DNA of 64,000 bases from the human T2T-CHM13v2.0 reference genome, Homo sapiens (GCF_009914755.1 NC_060927.1); one strand, 5' to 3'. Numbered from the stretch's first letter, positions 1 to 63,993 are shown. The notes: a model not told the origin generated them from the sequence alone. Made by a program: numbers and translations.

Positions 1-200
1 TTCCTTCCTTCCCTCCTTCCTTCCCCTCTCCCTGCCTTCCTTCCTTCCCCATTCCCTACTTTCCTTCCATTCTCTCCTTCCTTCCCCTCCTTCCCACTTC
101 CTTTCCTCCCTTCTTTCCTTCCCTCCCTTCTTCCTCACTCCCTTTTTCCTTCTCTCTCTCCTTCCCTCTTTCCTATCTTCCCTCTATCCCTCCCCTTTTC
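1..200. repeat. Low-complexity CT-rich polypyrimidine tract (degenerate (CCTT)n)
   Basis: About 200 nt almost entirely C/T with CCTT/TTCC units; probably continues beyond the window edge. Confidence 0.95.
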
Positions 201-1019
201 ATAGTGGTTACTGAATACACTTTAGGGATGGGGTCCTCTCCATGCTGCTCATACTTAAAATTGTCTTCCCCTAAAGAATCTCAAATCAGTATCATTAGTT
301 AGAGGCCTCCCACATGGCAACTGTGGAATTAACTCCTTGCCTGTGCCATGGGAGTGCCGTGGGTAATTTTTTCCTATAACCTTGAGGATCAAGATCCTTT
401 TAGTGACAGGCATATGCAGCAGTAGCTGAAAAGACATTTTGTAGTGTCCTAGTAAAGTACCTGCTTTTAGGAGTGTGATCTTAGCATGTCACACAGCTAA
501 CTGCTCCTTCTCCACATGAACAACCAGTTGAGGAGCCCATGCATTGCACAAGGTATCATTCTTTCCCCTGAGCACTATAGAACAGGGGTTATGACTGCTT
601 AAGAATATAGCCAGTGCTCACTGGGCAGGAGTCATTCCCCTGAGTCTAGCATCAGTTATGCCTGTGCGTGAGACATACAATTCAATCTGAGACATACAGG
701 TAGATCTGTACCAAGACAGATGCTCCAAGGCCACTTTAAGGAATGGCCCAATCCCATGCTCTGGTCCTGAATACCAATAATCAAAATTTCCAACTTTTGT
801 CAGTTAAATCCTTAATGGAGGCTCAGCAGAACTCCACAATGCAACACAAAATAGCACAGCTCAAAGTGCAAGCTTGTCAGCAAGCAGCACAGCCAGTTAG
901 CGAGCCAAAGCAAGAGAAGGAACCCCTCACCCTGCCACAATAGTCATCATCAAGATGTCCTGCTTGCTGGCCAACTATTGCGACCACATCAGAGGGACAG
1001 GATGGATCTGCAGCCCAAC
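201..1019 (-). mobile_element. Probable ERVL-class internal segment following the LTR at 1020-1322
   Basis: Directly abuts the LTR 3' end on the - strand (..AATCACA|GTTGGGC, PBS-like position); assignment is by adjacency only. Confidence 0.4.
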
Positions 1020-1322
1020 TGTGATTCAGTTGACAAGACTGATGACCTCAAATACACCCCAAGAGCACATGAAAAGGTTTATTACACACATAGTGAGGCT
1101 TTCTGGGAGAGGAGGGAAGACTTCCCAAGTTGATGCAGCGGGTGGGGCTGCTAAACACCATGAAATTAGGGATTCCCATGCATGGGCTGGAGTTTTCACA
1201 GTCTTAACTTCACACAAGCACCTGGGCTTTTTATCAGCTTGCCCAGATGTGGACAAAGAGACAGGGGGATGAGGTTTAAAAACTGTCAGCAAACATCAAA
1301 AATGGAGTGAGGCTCTGTTACA
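1020..1322 (-). mobile_element. ERVL LTR (LTR47-like)
   Basis: - strand begins TGTAACAGAGCCTCACTCCATTTTTGATGTTTG, contains CACATCTGGGCAAGCTGATAA and AATAAA (~1083), ends in CA; resembles recalled LTR47 consensus. Confidence 0.65.
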
Positions 1323-1347
1323 ATTGGTGCATTTAGGTCTCCCCCAC

Positions 1348-1480
1348 TTTTTTTTTTTTTTGAGACAGGGTCTCACTCTTGCGCAGGCTGGAGTGCAGTG
1401 ATGTGAGCATGATCAAGCAATCCTCCTGCCTCAGCCTCCCAAAAAGCTGGGACTACTGATGTGCACCACCATGTCCAGCC
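1348..1480 (-). mobile_element. Alu fragment (internally deleted)
   Basis: poly-T followed by GAGACAGGGTCTCACTCT..CAGGCTGGAGTGCAGTG..CCTCCTGCCTCAGCCTCCC. Confidence 0.85.
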
Positions 1481-1489
1481 CCAATCACC

Positions 1490-4400
1490 TACTAAATTAA
1501 TATACATGAATTAACATCTACCATGTTTCTAGCTGCTTTATGTTGCACTCATTATTTCTTTTAAATCCCTCTTTTCTGTCTTCTCTGGTTTCAGCTGAGC
1601 ATTTTATTTTGTTCCATTTTATCTCCTCTCTTTACATATATACTTCCTTTTGAAATTCAGTGATTGTCCTAGAGTTTCCAATATGCATTTTAACCTTCAG
1701 ATAACACTATACCACTTCACATTGTCTAAGAAAATCTTTCTCTTTCATATTTGAAGGTTAATTTCACTGAATATGGAATCCTAGGTTGGCAGGGTTTTCC
1801 TTTAAACATTTAAAATATTTCACTTTACTCTTCTTGCTTTCATGGTTTCTGGTAAGAAGCCTACTATAATTTTTATTCCTATTCCTCCATAGATAAGGTG
1901 ATTTTTCCCTCTGGCTTTTTTCAGATTTTCTTTTTAAATTCTACAGTTTGAATATGACATGCCTAGGTGTAGTTTTTTGTTGTTGGGATATTTATCCTGC
2001 TTGGTGTTCCCCAAGCTTCCTAGATCTCTAGTTTGGTAGCTGTCATTAATTTTGTAGAATTCTCAGGCATTATTACTTCAAATATTTCTTCTGCTCCATT
2101 CTCCTTTGTCTTCCGGTAGTTCAATTACACTTATGTTACAGCCTTTGAAATTCTTCCTCATTCTTGGATGATCTCTTTTTATTTCCTCATTTCTTTTTTC
2201 TCTTTGCATTTCACTTTGGGAAGTTTCTTTCAACCTGTCTTCAAGCTCACTGCTTCTTTCCCCAGCTGTGCCCAGTCTACTGATGAGCCACCAAAGGCCA
2301 TCCTCATTTTAGTTATAGCGGATTTGATTTCCAGCATTTCCTTTTAGTTTTTAGAATTTCCATTTCTCTGTTTATATTACACATCAGGTCTTGAATGTTC
2401 TCTACTTTTTTTCAGTTAGAACCCTTAACACATTTATTTTAGTTGTTTTAAATTCCCAATTTGATAATCCCAACACATCATATCTGATTCTAGTTCTGAT
2501 GCTTGCTCTGTCTCAAACGGTTTCCTGTCTTTTAGCATACCTTGTAATTTTTTGTTGAAAGCCAGACATGATGGGCTTTGTAAAATGTACTGAGGTAGAC
2601 AGGCCTTTAGCATGATGTGTTATGTTTACAGGGCTCAGATCTGTGAGTTTTATAGTTTGCATCAAATTTGTAAAAATTTTTTCCATTATTTCCCAAAATA
2701 TTGTTCTGATGCTCTCCTGCTTCCCCTTTCCGGGACCTTAATTACACATGTTAAACCATCTGAGACTGTTTCAGAGCTCACTGATTCAGCGTTTTTATTT
2801 TCTAGTCTCTTCCTTCTGTCCTTCATTTTGGATGGTTTCTACTGCTATGTAGAAACTATCTTTTCTTCACTCATTTTTTTCTTCTACACTGTGTAGTCTG
2901 CTGCTGATTCTATCCAGTGAATATTAGTTTGAGGTATGGGCAGGAAACAATGCAATAGGCTTATTTTACTCAGTTCTTGCGTATCCCTGTAGCCAGGACA
3001 AGGATCTTTGGCCAAGTCCTGAAAACTAAACTCCTGGAATGGTCACATAGTTACTGCTTAATGATAGTCTTATTATAAAGGCCCAAAGTGGTGGGTCAAG
3101 ATGAACCAGCTTATCAGTGTCTAAGGTAAACATGAAGATTCATGATGTGCATCTGGTGCCTGGTCTGGCATCCACACCATGCTTCTCATGTAGCTATGTG
3201 ACCAGTCCCCCTTGAAGAACTCTGAACTCCAGGACTTGAGTGAGCTTCCTTGGGTGGGGATATATCACATGTATCTTTCAGTTCACAGCTGGAGAGAAAA
3301 GCACATCTGTATGCCTTTCAAAGAGACATGGAGGTCGTGGAAGCCTGTGTGTGATCTAACCTTTGACTGTTGTTTTCTTTTGTTGTTTCTGCTGTTCCTG
3401 CACTTGATCCTTTGCTATAATAATCCATAGGCATGAGTATAACTTTATGTTGAGTTATGAGTACTTTCAGCAAAGTACCAAACTAGCTAAGGCTCATGAG
3501 CCCCCCTGAAACAGATATTGTAATTTTTCATCTCAGCAAGTTTGATTTGGTTCTTCTTACCATCTCCCATTTCTCTCATTATGTTTATGTTTCCATGCAA
3601 ACACTTGAACATAGTTTTAATAGTGGCTTTAACATCCTTGTTAGTTCCATCATATCTGTCACTTCTGTGTCTGTTTCTACTCACTGATTTTTCTTCTGGC
3701 TATGGGTCACATTTTCCTCCTTCTTAGCATGTGCATTAATTTTTTTAACCAAATATTGGACATTATGGTTGTCATATTGTTGAATGTTTTGCTGTTTTCC
3801 TTTGAAGAGCGTTATGCTTTCCCTTGCAGGCCATTACTTTTGGATCATCGTGGTTCCATCAAGCCTAGGGTTTTTCAATTTTATCTAGGACAGATAGCTT
3901 TCACTCCAGATAAACCCTAATACTAAGACATGACCCCTTACCAGGTCTTCACAAAATGCCTGGAGGGATCATTGAAGAATCCTCTGTGGTGGTCAGAGCT
4001 TGAACTTTTCTCCACCTTCTGAGACCTACAGTAATTATTCAACTTACAACTCCCTGTCACTTTTTGCCCAACCTTCTAGAATTTCATTCTAAGGATGTGT
4101 CCCCCTTTTCATAGGATGTGTCCTCTGAATTCCATTCTAAGGATTTAGTCCTCAGCAAAGACTCAAGGGCACCCTTTTGCAGATTTCTGGAGCTCTTTTC
4201 TCCATAGCTCCCACCTGCATCTCCCCTACAACTGTCAGCTGTCTGAACCTCCCTAAACTCTGATGTCCACCATAACTCAGGAAGGTCACCAGGCTGTCTG
4301 AGTTCTCCCTTTGTTTGGAGCTGAAAATTACTTCCATGCAGAAAGTTGAGGCAACCGTTAAGTATCACCTCATTTGTTTCCCTTCTGTCTGGGATCACCG

Positions 4401-4500
4401 TCCTGCAGTTTGTTGTTCCATGTCTGGGTGTAGTCATTTCATATATCCTCCAGTTTGCTTATGGAGGAAAAGTGAGTATAGTCACTGTAATTCCAGCATG
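1490..4500 (-). mobile_element. Old L1M fragments (ORF1/5' region), interrupted by an LTR
   Basis: T-rich antisense L1 motifs such as GGAATCCTAGGTTGGCAGGGTTTTCC, CTGTCTTCAAGCTCACTG and GATATTGTAATTTTTCATCTC. Confidence 0.7.
2930..3513 (+). mobile_element. ERVL solo LTR (MER21/MER68/MER77-like)
   Basis: TG...CA ends; GAGTGAGCTTCCTTGGGT and CCTTTGCTATAATAATCCATAGGCATGAGTATAACT motifs; interrupts an L1M. Confidence 0.6.
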
Positions 4501-4639
4501 GCTCGAAACATAAGTCTCAATAAATATTTAATAATCTTTTGCAATAAAATCCTAACAGGTCTCATTGTTATTCCCTGCTTAGAAGCACTGGATGGTTCTC
4601 CATTGGAAAATAAAGCCAACTACTTAACAAGTGTACTAT

Positions 4640-5049
4640 TACTCAAAAATAGATGAACCATACTAAGCCATGTTGTACAACAAATTATCTAAGTTGAAAA
4701 TCTTTTACACTAGCTCATTCAGATCCATGTTTCAAGAAAAGACTACAGTAACAGAAACTCAATATGGTCTCGTATACCCCCAATTCTAAAAATAAGACCA
4801 CTAACAGACCATTCCAGCAAATAGTTTTCAAACTCTGACCCACTGCTGCCAAGACACACTTACTAATCTCTCTCCTATAACTACCCTATGACTAACCCTA
4901 GTCTCACAAAGTACTCTCTCCTAACTCCCATTTGCAATGATACTGAGACTCGACTCTGTCAAGGCTGAGCTCTTCCTTGCTAAGCTTAATAAACACAGCT
5001 TTGTTTGATGAACAGGTTTCCCTAGTAATCTTTGGTGCAAGCTTTGACA
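4640..5049 (+). mobile_element. Old ERV1-type LTR (MER90/MER110-like)
   Basis: 3' end AAGCTTAATAAACACAGCTTTGTTTGATGAACAGGTTT...GCTTTGACA; 5' border uncertain. Confidence 0.45.
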
Positions 5050-5323
5050 AGGATGCTTTAATTGAAGTTTAGCAGGAACCTGTCACAGCCACAGCTCAGG
5101 ATCACCAACTCAGAGGGCACTCCACTAGACCCCATGAACTTCTCTGCTTGGGGTTTCCTTGTTTGCAATTATGAAGTAAGTTCAGTGCTAAGTCTGTGCC
5201 CTAATCCCTTTTTGTTGAATTTTAAAATCTATATGAGGTTTATTTTATCTGTCCTAGGAATAAAGTCCCCAAGACATTTTATTAACTCATCAGGTCTGTA
5301 CTAGTTTAATTTTCCTTGGTGAA

Positions 5324-5866
5324 TGTATTAGTTATCTATTGCTGTGTAGCAAATTACTCTGAAAATTAGCAGTTTAAATTGCAAATATTTATTCTCTCAC
5401 AGTTTCTAAGGATCAGGAATTTGGAGTAACCAACTGAATGGTTCTGGTTCAAAGTCTCTCAAGAGGTTACTACCAAGCTGCTGGCCCAGGGATGGCTTGA
5501 CTGGAGTAGCATTCATTTCCAAGCTCGTTCACACAGACATTGGCAGACCTCAGTTTCTTGCTGACTGTTGGTTGGAGACTTCAGTTCTTCACCATATGGG
5601 CCTCTCCATAGGATTCCTGAGCGTCATCAAAACATGATAGCTGCCTTCTCGCAAAACAAGTGACCTGAGAGAGTGCATGAGGGTGACCAAAACTTAAGCT
5701 GCAATCTCTTCATGACCTAATCGTGGCAGGGACATACCATCACTCCTGCCATATGCTACTGGCCACACAGACCAGCCCTGGTCTAACAGGCGGGGATTAT
5801 ACAAAGGTGTGATTTCCCATTGGTGGAGATCCAATTTGGCGGCCAACCTGGAGGCTCCCTTCCACA
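5324..5866 (-). mobile_element. MaLR LTR (MLT1G/H-like)
   Basis: + strand TGTATTAGTTATCTATTGCTGTGTAGCAAATTAC ... GGAGGCTCCCTTCCACA, the reverse complement of an MLT1 LTR. Confidence 0.8.
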
Positions 5867-8403
5867 ATGAAAGTCTGCAAGAGCAGCAATTTGTCCCCCT
5901 TCTTCCTGTCTGCCTGCCTACTGGTTGTACTGTTGAGTGTCCACAAGAGCTTTCCTTAATGGGACCCTACTTATCATCACAGAAGCCAAGATTTTCCATC
6001 CAAAGTGCTATATTAACAACTTAATAAATGTTGTTCAATTCTTTAAGTCTGTGAGACAGGTAATACTGTCCATACTTAATAAATGAATAAGAAAATTTAA
6101 GCAATTTATCCTATCACACATCTAGTAAGTCATGAGACCAGGCATTCCCAAGTTTATCATTCTTCAAAGCCTAGGAACTTTCTATTGCTCTCTGCTTCCT
6201 GTGAAGCAGCTCCTGGTTCTACCAACTCTCCAGCTTGTTCTCCCACTAACCCCTCACTTCCCTCACACCAACTCCTCCCTCTACTTTCCATCATGCTATA
6301 TGGAGTTTAAGGTCTTTGGGTTTCTAGTTAGTCCCACCGCTGAAATCCTCTTGCCAATGCCTATACGACACTAGCCTTTTGAAATTTCTTAAGCCTAGCC
6401 TTTATGGCCTAGCACAAGGCAAACTCCATAAATATTCCATGCATGCTTGAAATGAGTGTGCTTTCATATTGGGTACAATCTTTGAGTTGAGCTTGTTAAT
6501 TCTGCTACTCAAAAATAAGTCTTTACTGATTTTTTTGTGTGTCTGACCTAATAAATTACTGAAGTATGTTAAAATCTCCACTATAACAGACACTATCAAT
6601 TATTTCTTGCAGATCTATATACATCTGTATGTTATTTGATGCATACTAGTTTTATCTTCCAGGTAAAATTAGTCTCTCATCAATATATAGGTACCATATT
6701 TACCCCAGGAGAGGAAAAAGAGGAAAAAAGAGGGAGAAGAGACAGAGAGGAAAATAAAAAGGTGAAAGGAAGCCAACACAGATAGGTTTATATGTAAGCA
6801 TCCTCCCCTCCTTGCAAAAGAAAGATAATTAGCCGTTCCAATGGTCTGTAACCTGGACAGTGGTTACAAATGCTTAAGATGGATTGCTTCTTTCCACCGA
6901 CATCAGTGAGAACACAGGCTTCTCTGCTGCCTCTCTCTATGAGGCAGTCTGCTTCCCACTCAACTTTGCACTGGAGTACAGCCCATTGGGCTTCCAGCTT
7001 TATACAAAGGTTTCCTATTAGAAATTCCACCCATGCAAGCCTGGGATTTCGTTTTTTTTTGCCCCATGCTCAGTGCAAAGCAGGAGTTGAAGGCTTCCAG
7101 GGTTTTTGGTTTTGCTTCATTTGGGATTCTGCTGGCTCTGTGTGTGTGTGGCACTCAGCAATACAGTAACAAAATTATTAAAAATATATTTTATCAAGTA
7201 TTTAAATCAAGTCTGTTGAAAGCATTAATCACACCCTCTCCATATTGCTTCTAATCTAATCCTTTTATCTCCTGCAATTCAGCTCAAATACAGCTACTTT
7301 TATTAAACTCTGTTCAATTACCCTACCCCTGCCCCACAGCCAATAGAAATTAATAACATCTCCCTCGGCTTCCCACTGCACTGTTTCTGCCACATGGATA
7401 GCAATTACCACACCATACTTTACACCTTTTAGACACATTTTTTTCTCCCAAATAAAAAAGCCACTCCATAACTAGGTCCTATGTCAGTTTTCTTTGGGTT
7501 CCCAGCCCCACTCCCCCACTGCTCCATTCCCTGCCTCCAAAGAGGGTAACAAAATGCCTGTCTACAAACAGTGTTCCTAACTGTTAGCTTAACATTTGTC
7601 TTTTAAGACAAATGGCTAGAAATTGTGACCCCAGCCTATCCAATCTTAAGCTAAACAGCTAGTGTGGCTCATGAGAGCAAGTGGCCTAAAAGAGCCTTGC
7701 ATTGACTACTGTGTGGCATACTCAAGAACACAGAGGTTTTCCAAAAGGACCTTGGATGGGCCTCTGTCTTGAAGGACCTCTGAAATGCTGACATGTTTGT
7801 AAATTCCCATGCAACCACTTAATATTACCTGTATTCATTTATGGAACTTTATCATCATTAAACAGACTGTGATGGAATTATTTCACAGATAAATTAGTTA
7901 GATTTCACATAATACAGTATTAAAAACTTTTGGAAATAATACTATTAAGATGAACATGAAAAAGCAATTCAAGTACTTTTATCTTACATGAGATATTTTG
8001 CTCAGTCTCGAGATATTAATTAGGGGAGAATAGCTTCAAGGTTATCACCACCAAGTAGTGAGTGTGAGGGTGAAGCATGAGTCAGCGTTTTGACAGTAGG
8101 TTAAATGTGCCTCAAAAAAGAAAAGAGATGACTAACCCTACACAGTGTGTACAGCTTCCTGCTAATGCAGACAGCTATCCAAATGCAGCCCACAGCAGCC
8201 CACAGACACTGTTCACCAGTGAGCATGTGTGAATTCTAGGCCCACGCACTAGAAAACCACTACTTTATAGCATTTCTTAACTGAAAATATATTTTCACAG
8301 AAACAACAAAGCAAAGGGGATAAAAACAATAGCGACCAGAAAAGCTAACTTAGGTGAATGGTGCCACTCAAAGGTCTTTCCGAGGGAAGCTCAGTCCTGG
8401 CTT

Positions 8404-8480
8404 GCGAGAGTCAGCCTTGGCTCACCTCATAACGGGGCTCCAAGCTAAGGCGTCAAGGAAGCAGTCCCACTGCTTCTCGC
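8404..8480 (-). promoter_or_regulatory. TXNRD3: SECIS element of TXNRD3 (non-canonical)
   Basis: mRNA GCGAGA-AGCAGUGGGACUGCUUCC-UUGAC-GCCUUAGCUU-GGAGCCCCGUUAUGAGGU-GAGCCAAGGC-UGAC-UCUCGC: helix 1 GCGAGA/UCUCGC, UGA/GA quartet, 10-bp helix 2 with one mismatch; about 200 nt 3' of the in-frame UGA. Confidence 0.85.
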
Positions 8481-8679
8481 TGTCAGCAAGACCACAAGGC
8501 AGATGCCCACTGCTGTCCTCTTTCCTTGTCTACTTTCTCATCTAAGTGTCGTAAGACAGCCCTGCACTGGTCCCTGAGTAACAGAGCAGCTGTCATGAGC
8601 ACAGGCTCATTTTATCCGAGAGCATTCTTATCTTTGAGAGAAATGAGAATATGACAAGGAGAACTAAACAGCAGCAGGC

Positions 8680-55441
<46,762 letters not shown>

Positions 55442-55963
55442 AGTCTCGCTCTCGCTCCTGGCCCGGCCGGGCCTGCTCACAAACCGAAACGCAGGCGGCT
55501 GCGGCGCCGGGACGGGGCCTGAGGGGCGGCGAACGCTGCCCTCGCTGGCCACTCTCACCACCCGCGCGAATCCGCGAGGCAGCCGCTCGCCCCGCCCCCC
55601 AGCACCGCCCCGCGCATGCGAAATTGGGTCCCCCGCCCGCCCGCAGCCTAGGTGTCACCTGCCCTTCGCAAAGGGGCGGGTACCAAGCGCGAGCCTCTTT
55701 ATCTCCAGGTTGTGCCTGCGTCCGGAGACCACCCAATCTTGGCGATGGCGCTCTGAGATGGCCTCTGTGCAATGCCTTTTACTCCTAATAATCCCCAACA
55801 GCCCCTTTAAACCACCTTAAAATATACGTTCTTCAATTTTTATGGGAAGTGTGAATTGGAAAGATTGATATGTTTAAAAGTTTAGATCACACAAGCTAAA
55901 TAAATATATTGCGTTTGCTATTGCAATGCAGCTTTAATGAGTTTCCTAGGTTGCTACCCGTCA

Positions 55964-56722
<759 letters not shown>

Positions 56723-58579
56723 TCATCTAGCACCCAATCACAGTGCCTGTGATTTTCACATTAGCTTGGGTCCTCCTCTTTGAGCCGTGAGGGGGAGTAA
56801 TCAGGGGCACAGACCATGACACTCTTGCATGGCACAGCCTGGCCCATCACACAACATTGATGGGTCATTGACATGGGCAGCCTGAAGGAAACAGACATTG
56901 ATGGGTCCAGTGACATTCAGAAATATCCACAGGGTCCCTTCTCCCCTGCAGTTGCCACCTGTCAGGGCACAAGTCTGAAATGCGATCAGGGCCCCAGGAA
57001 GTGGGGGCTGAGATGATGTGGGCAGAGTCTTGGGGCCTGGCAAGCTCCAGGCCATGTGACAGTTGCAGCCCCCACATGCACAGAGCTGCCTCTGGCTGCA
57101 CTCACAGCATCTTAATGAGCACGCTGCATTTGTCATCTCCTACTCGATGACAGGACTTTCCCCTTGGCTCAGTGTTTCCCGATGTTCTCAGGTGGCACCT
57201 TTAACACTCAGAAATTAGAATTCATTCTGGGCATAGGTCACCACCACTTCCTTCCCCTCGCAAATGTTCTCCCGTGTGTGAATCAGGAAGCAGGTGGGTC
57301 CAGAACACATGGAGAGGCCAGGTGGTATGAGCCGCATATGCAGTGTAGAGTTAGGAGTGGGTGCAGGTTCCCACTCTGCCACCAGCTAGTGACCAAGTGC
57401 CCTCAGTTCCCCAAGCCTCTAGACTTGCCTGGTGAGGACTTCCTTAAAGCATCACCATGAGGTGCAGTGAACCACTGTGCACCAGCCCAAGGGGCAGGCC
57501 AGGCTTTGCGGGCTCCAGAGATGGTGGCTGGATGCCTATCCCCTGGGAAGTCAAGTGGAAGAGCAATTGATTTCCCCACTGCCATTTTAATGTGTCTTTA
57601 AAATGTGCAAAATGGTTCTGAAAGAAAAGAAAAAGAGCAAAAGCCCTTCCCTGTGTTACCCTGTGTAGGGCTCCTCAGTGGGTGCACCATGGAATTTCTT
57701 CACATTGTGAAGGACCTACCCACTCCTGACAGCAGTAGCTTTTGCAGGAGTTTGAAATCAGAGTCTCGAATTGGGTTCTCAAAGAAAGCTCTCATTACTC
57801 TCCCTAATCTTTCAATGGGTTTTCTTTGGGGGAATTGTAATAAGCTAGGGTGAATCAGCCCCAGCAAAACCAGAACTGGGGCTCTTGGACCCCATTTCTC
57901 AGCCCGTATTTGACACCAGGCTCAAGTGGTGATGGCTCAAGTCACATAGCTACTGTTTTGGAGTATAAGCATGATGTCCACTTTGGGATCTTTATTTATC
58001 TACTGTAAGTCATTGTATGGAATAACTCAGGCATGCTGCGTCTGTATTAATGTACCTTGAGTAGGTGGTATGTGCAGCTCAGGTCAGCTTGTTGATCTCC
58101 TGTGTCCCCAGCCAGTTATGGGCTTGGGCCTTTCTCAGCGTGGCCTTTGCCTTTGGCCATTCTCCCTCCTCCCCTCCCCACAGTTCTCTTCCAGCTCCAG
58201 GAGGCATCTAGCTCGGTTCCCCTGGGAAGTGGAGAGTCAGGAAGGAGCCCAAGCTGGGATGTAGGGTATCTGGTTCTATCCCCAGCTCTGCCTTTTCAAA
58301 GCCACACCCCTATCCTGTCATCTGGGCCTGTTTCCTCATCTGTATATTGAAGAGGTTGGACTAGAATCAGCACTTGCCAAATAGGTGAGGTTTGCAGGTG
58401 ATTTTCAGAATTTCCAAGGCTTAACAAAGCTGGTTTTACTCTCTAAAGCCAAGCAGGCTGGAGCACCAGGTTCCATGACCTTGTCCAGAATTACTCAGAG
58501 CAGCAGCCCTGGAGCTCATCCAGTCAAGACGTGCATGGGGGGGCCAGGCTGGGCCAGATGCTGGGCTGAGTCCTGAGGG

Positions 58580-59050
58580 TATATGAGTGCTGAGGACAGC
58601 CTGGAGAGGAAGGCCAAGTGCACTGCAGGCCCCATCAACACTGATGGCACACAGCAGGTCCAGCCCCCGGGAGAGGGGAGCAGGGGCACTGGAAGAGCTG
58701 ACCTGGATGAGGGAAGACTGTTCTGAGGAAGAACACTGGACCTGGGCCTGAAAGATGACTTGGAGCCAGCAGATGGAGGCCGGGAAAGAGCCCCAGGTCT
58801 TTAAGGGGGCTGCGAGCCCCAGAGGCAGGCAGGCAGCAGGTATCTGACTGTGTGAGTGGGAGAGAATGCCTGCATGGCTGGAGCATAAGCATGGTGGGGG
58901 AGTGTGATGTGCATGGAAACTGGAGCGGAGGCAGGGGCCAGGCCACACCAGGCTTTACAGGGCATTCTAAGGCTTTGGGCTCATTCTCAGAGCACTGGAC
59001 AGCTGTTGAAGGGTTTTCACCTGGGTGAGATGTGGTCCTATTTGGTTTTC
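58580..59050 (-). mobile_element. L2 fragment
   Basis: GCATGGCTGGAGCA..GGCAGGGGCCAGGCCACACCAGGC..CTGTTGAAGGGTTTT..GATGTGGTCCTATTTGG. Confidence 0.6.
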
Positions 59051-59446
59051 TCTTTTGGGTCAGAGACCTAATTTTGTGTGTGTGTAGGTTCTTGATATTG
59101 AAACTCTAGCTTTGCAAACCCTGAAGTGCTTACTTTAAAAACCCCTGCTACTCACCCCATGAATATGAGACCACAAATAGCCAGCAACAAAGCCAGACCC
59201 AGTTAGAGGAGAGGGGCAGCCGGCTGGACTCACCCACTAGCTCCATAACCTGTTCCTGCCTGCCCAGCTCCAAAACCACCTGGATGAAATACACGCCTAA
59301 GCAATAAGGCAAGCTTCATGCAGTCCATCATAAATAGACATGTCACGTGTGTGAATGCCTATCCTGTGCAGCATGAGAGGGTGATTGTGAATGCACTTTT
59401 TTAGGGGAGAAACTCCTGAAGGCAGAATCCCTAAAAGTGGATAAAT

Positions 59447-60325
<879 letters not shown>

Positions 60326-60954
60326 AATGTTAAAAGGGTCTTTGGCAGTGAAAAGGCTGGAAAACTCTAGCTCTGGTTTGTTCATTCACTCACACCTTAG
60401 CAGTCAGTGCTTCACACAGAGCTGGGGCTGTTGATCAGACACAGAGTTGAGCGAGATGCACGGAGCTCACACTGGGGTGGCCTTGCAGGCTGCTCCCAGG
60501 TTCTGTGATTCAGTCCGTTCTGATTGGGACTTCTCAGGGAGAGCTGCCGCTGAAAAGTAGCTGTCTCGTTTTCTGCCAGTCCCTGTCTTGCAGTTTCACA
60601 GAAGACCTCACGGGGTGCTTCTCTACCGCCAGGGCTGCAGCGGCAGGTGGCCAGCTCAGGACGTGGCATCCTGGGACTGCATTCTCACTCTGTCCCCAAG
60701 TTCCTGCACATCCCAAGGTTGCTGACTGCCCCTCTTTGATCAGCTTCCATTTTCTTCCCTTTGTAAAATGTGCAAATTGGAGATCAATGTTCGGTGAGAT
60801 CTAGCTGAGCACTGACATGTTATATCCCAATCCCTGCTCCTGGCCAGCAGTGGGGCTTGTGATGAGAGGTGGGCAGGGCACTATTTGGGGTAGGATTTCC
60901 CTTGTCCACTGCTTTCTAGTGCTGGCCTGGAGGGCTCTGCCAGTGAGGTGATAG

Positions 60955-63993
<3,039 letters not shown>

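Noticed and set aside
60505-60804. 99-aa ORF as a further NUP210 exon
   Set aside because: No convincing match to the recalled preceding NUP210 segment ([25 protein letters not shown])
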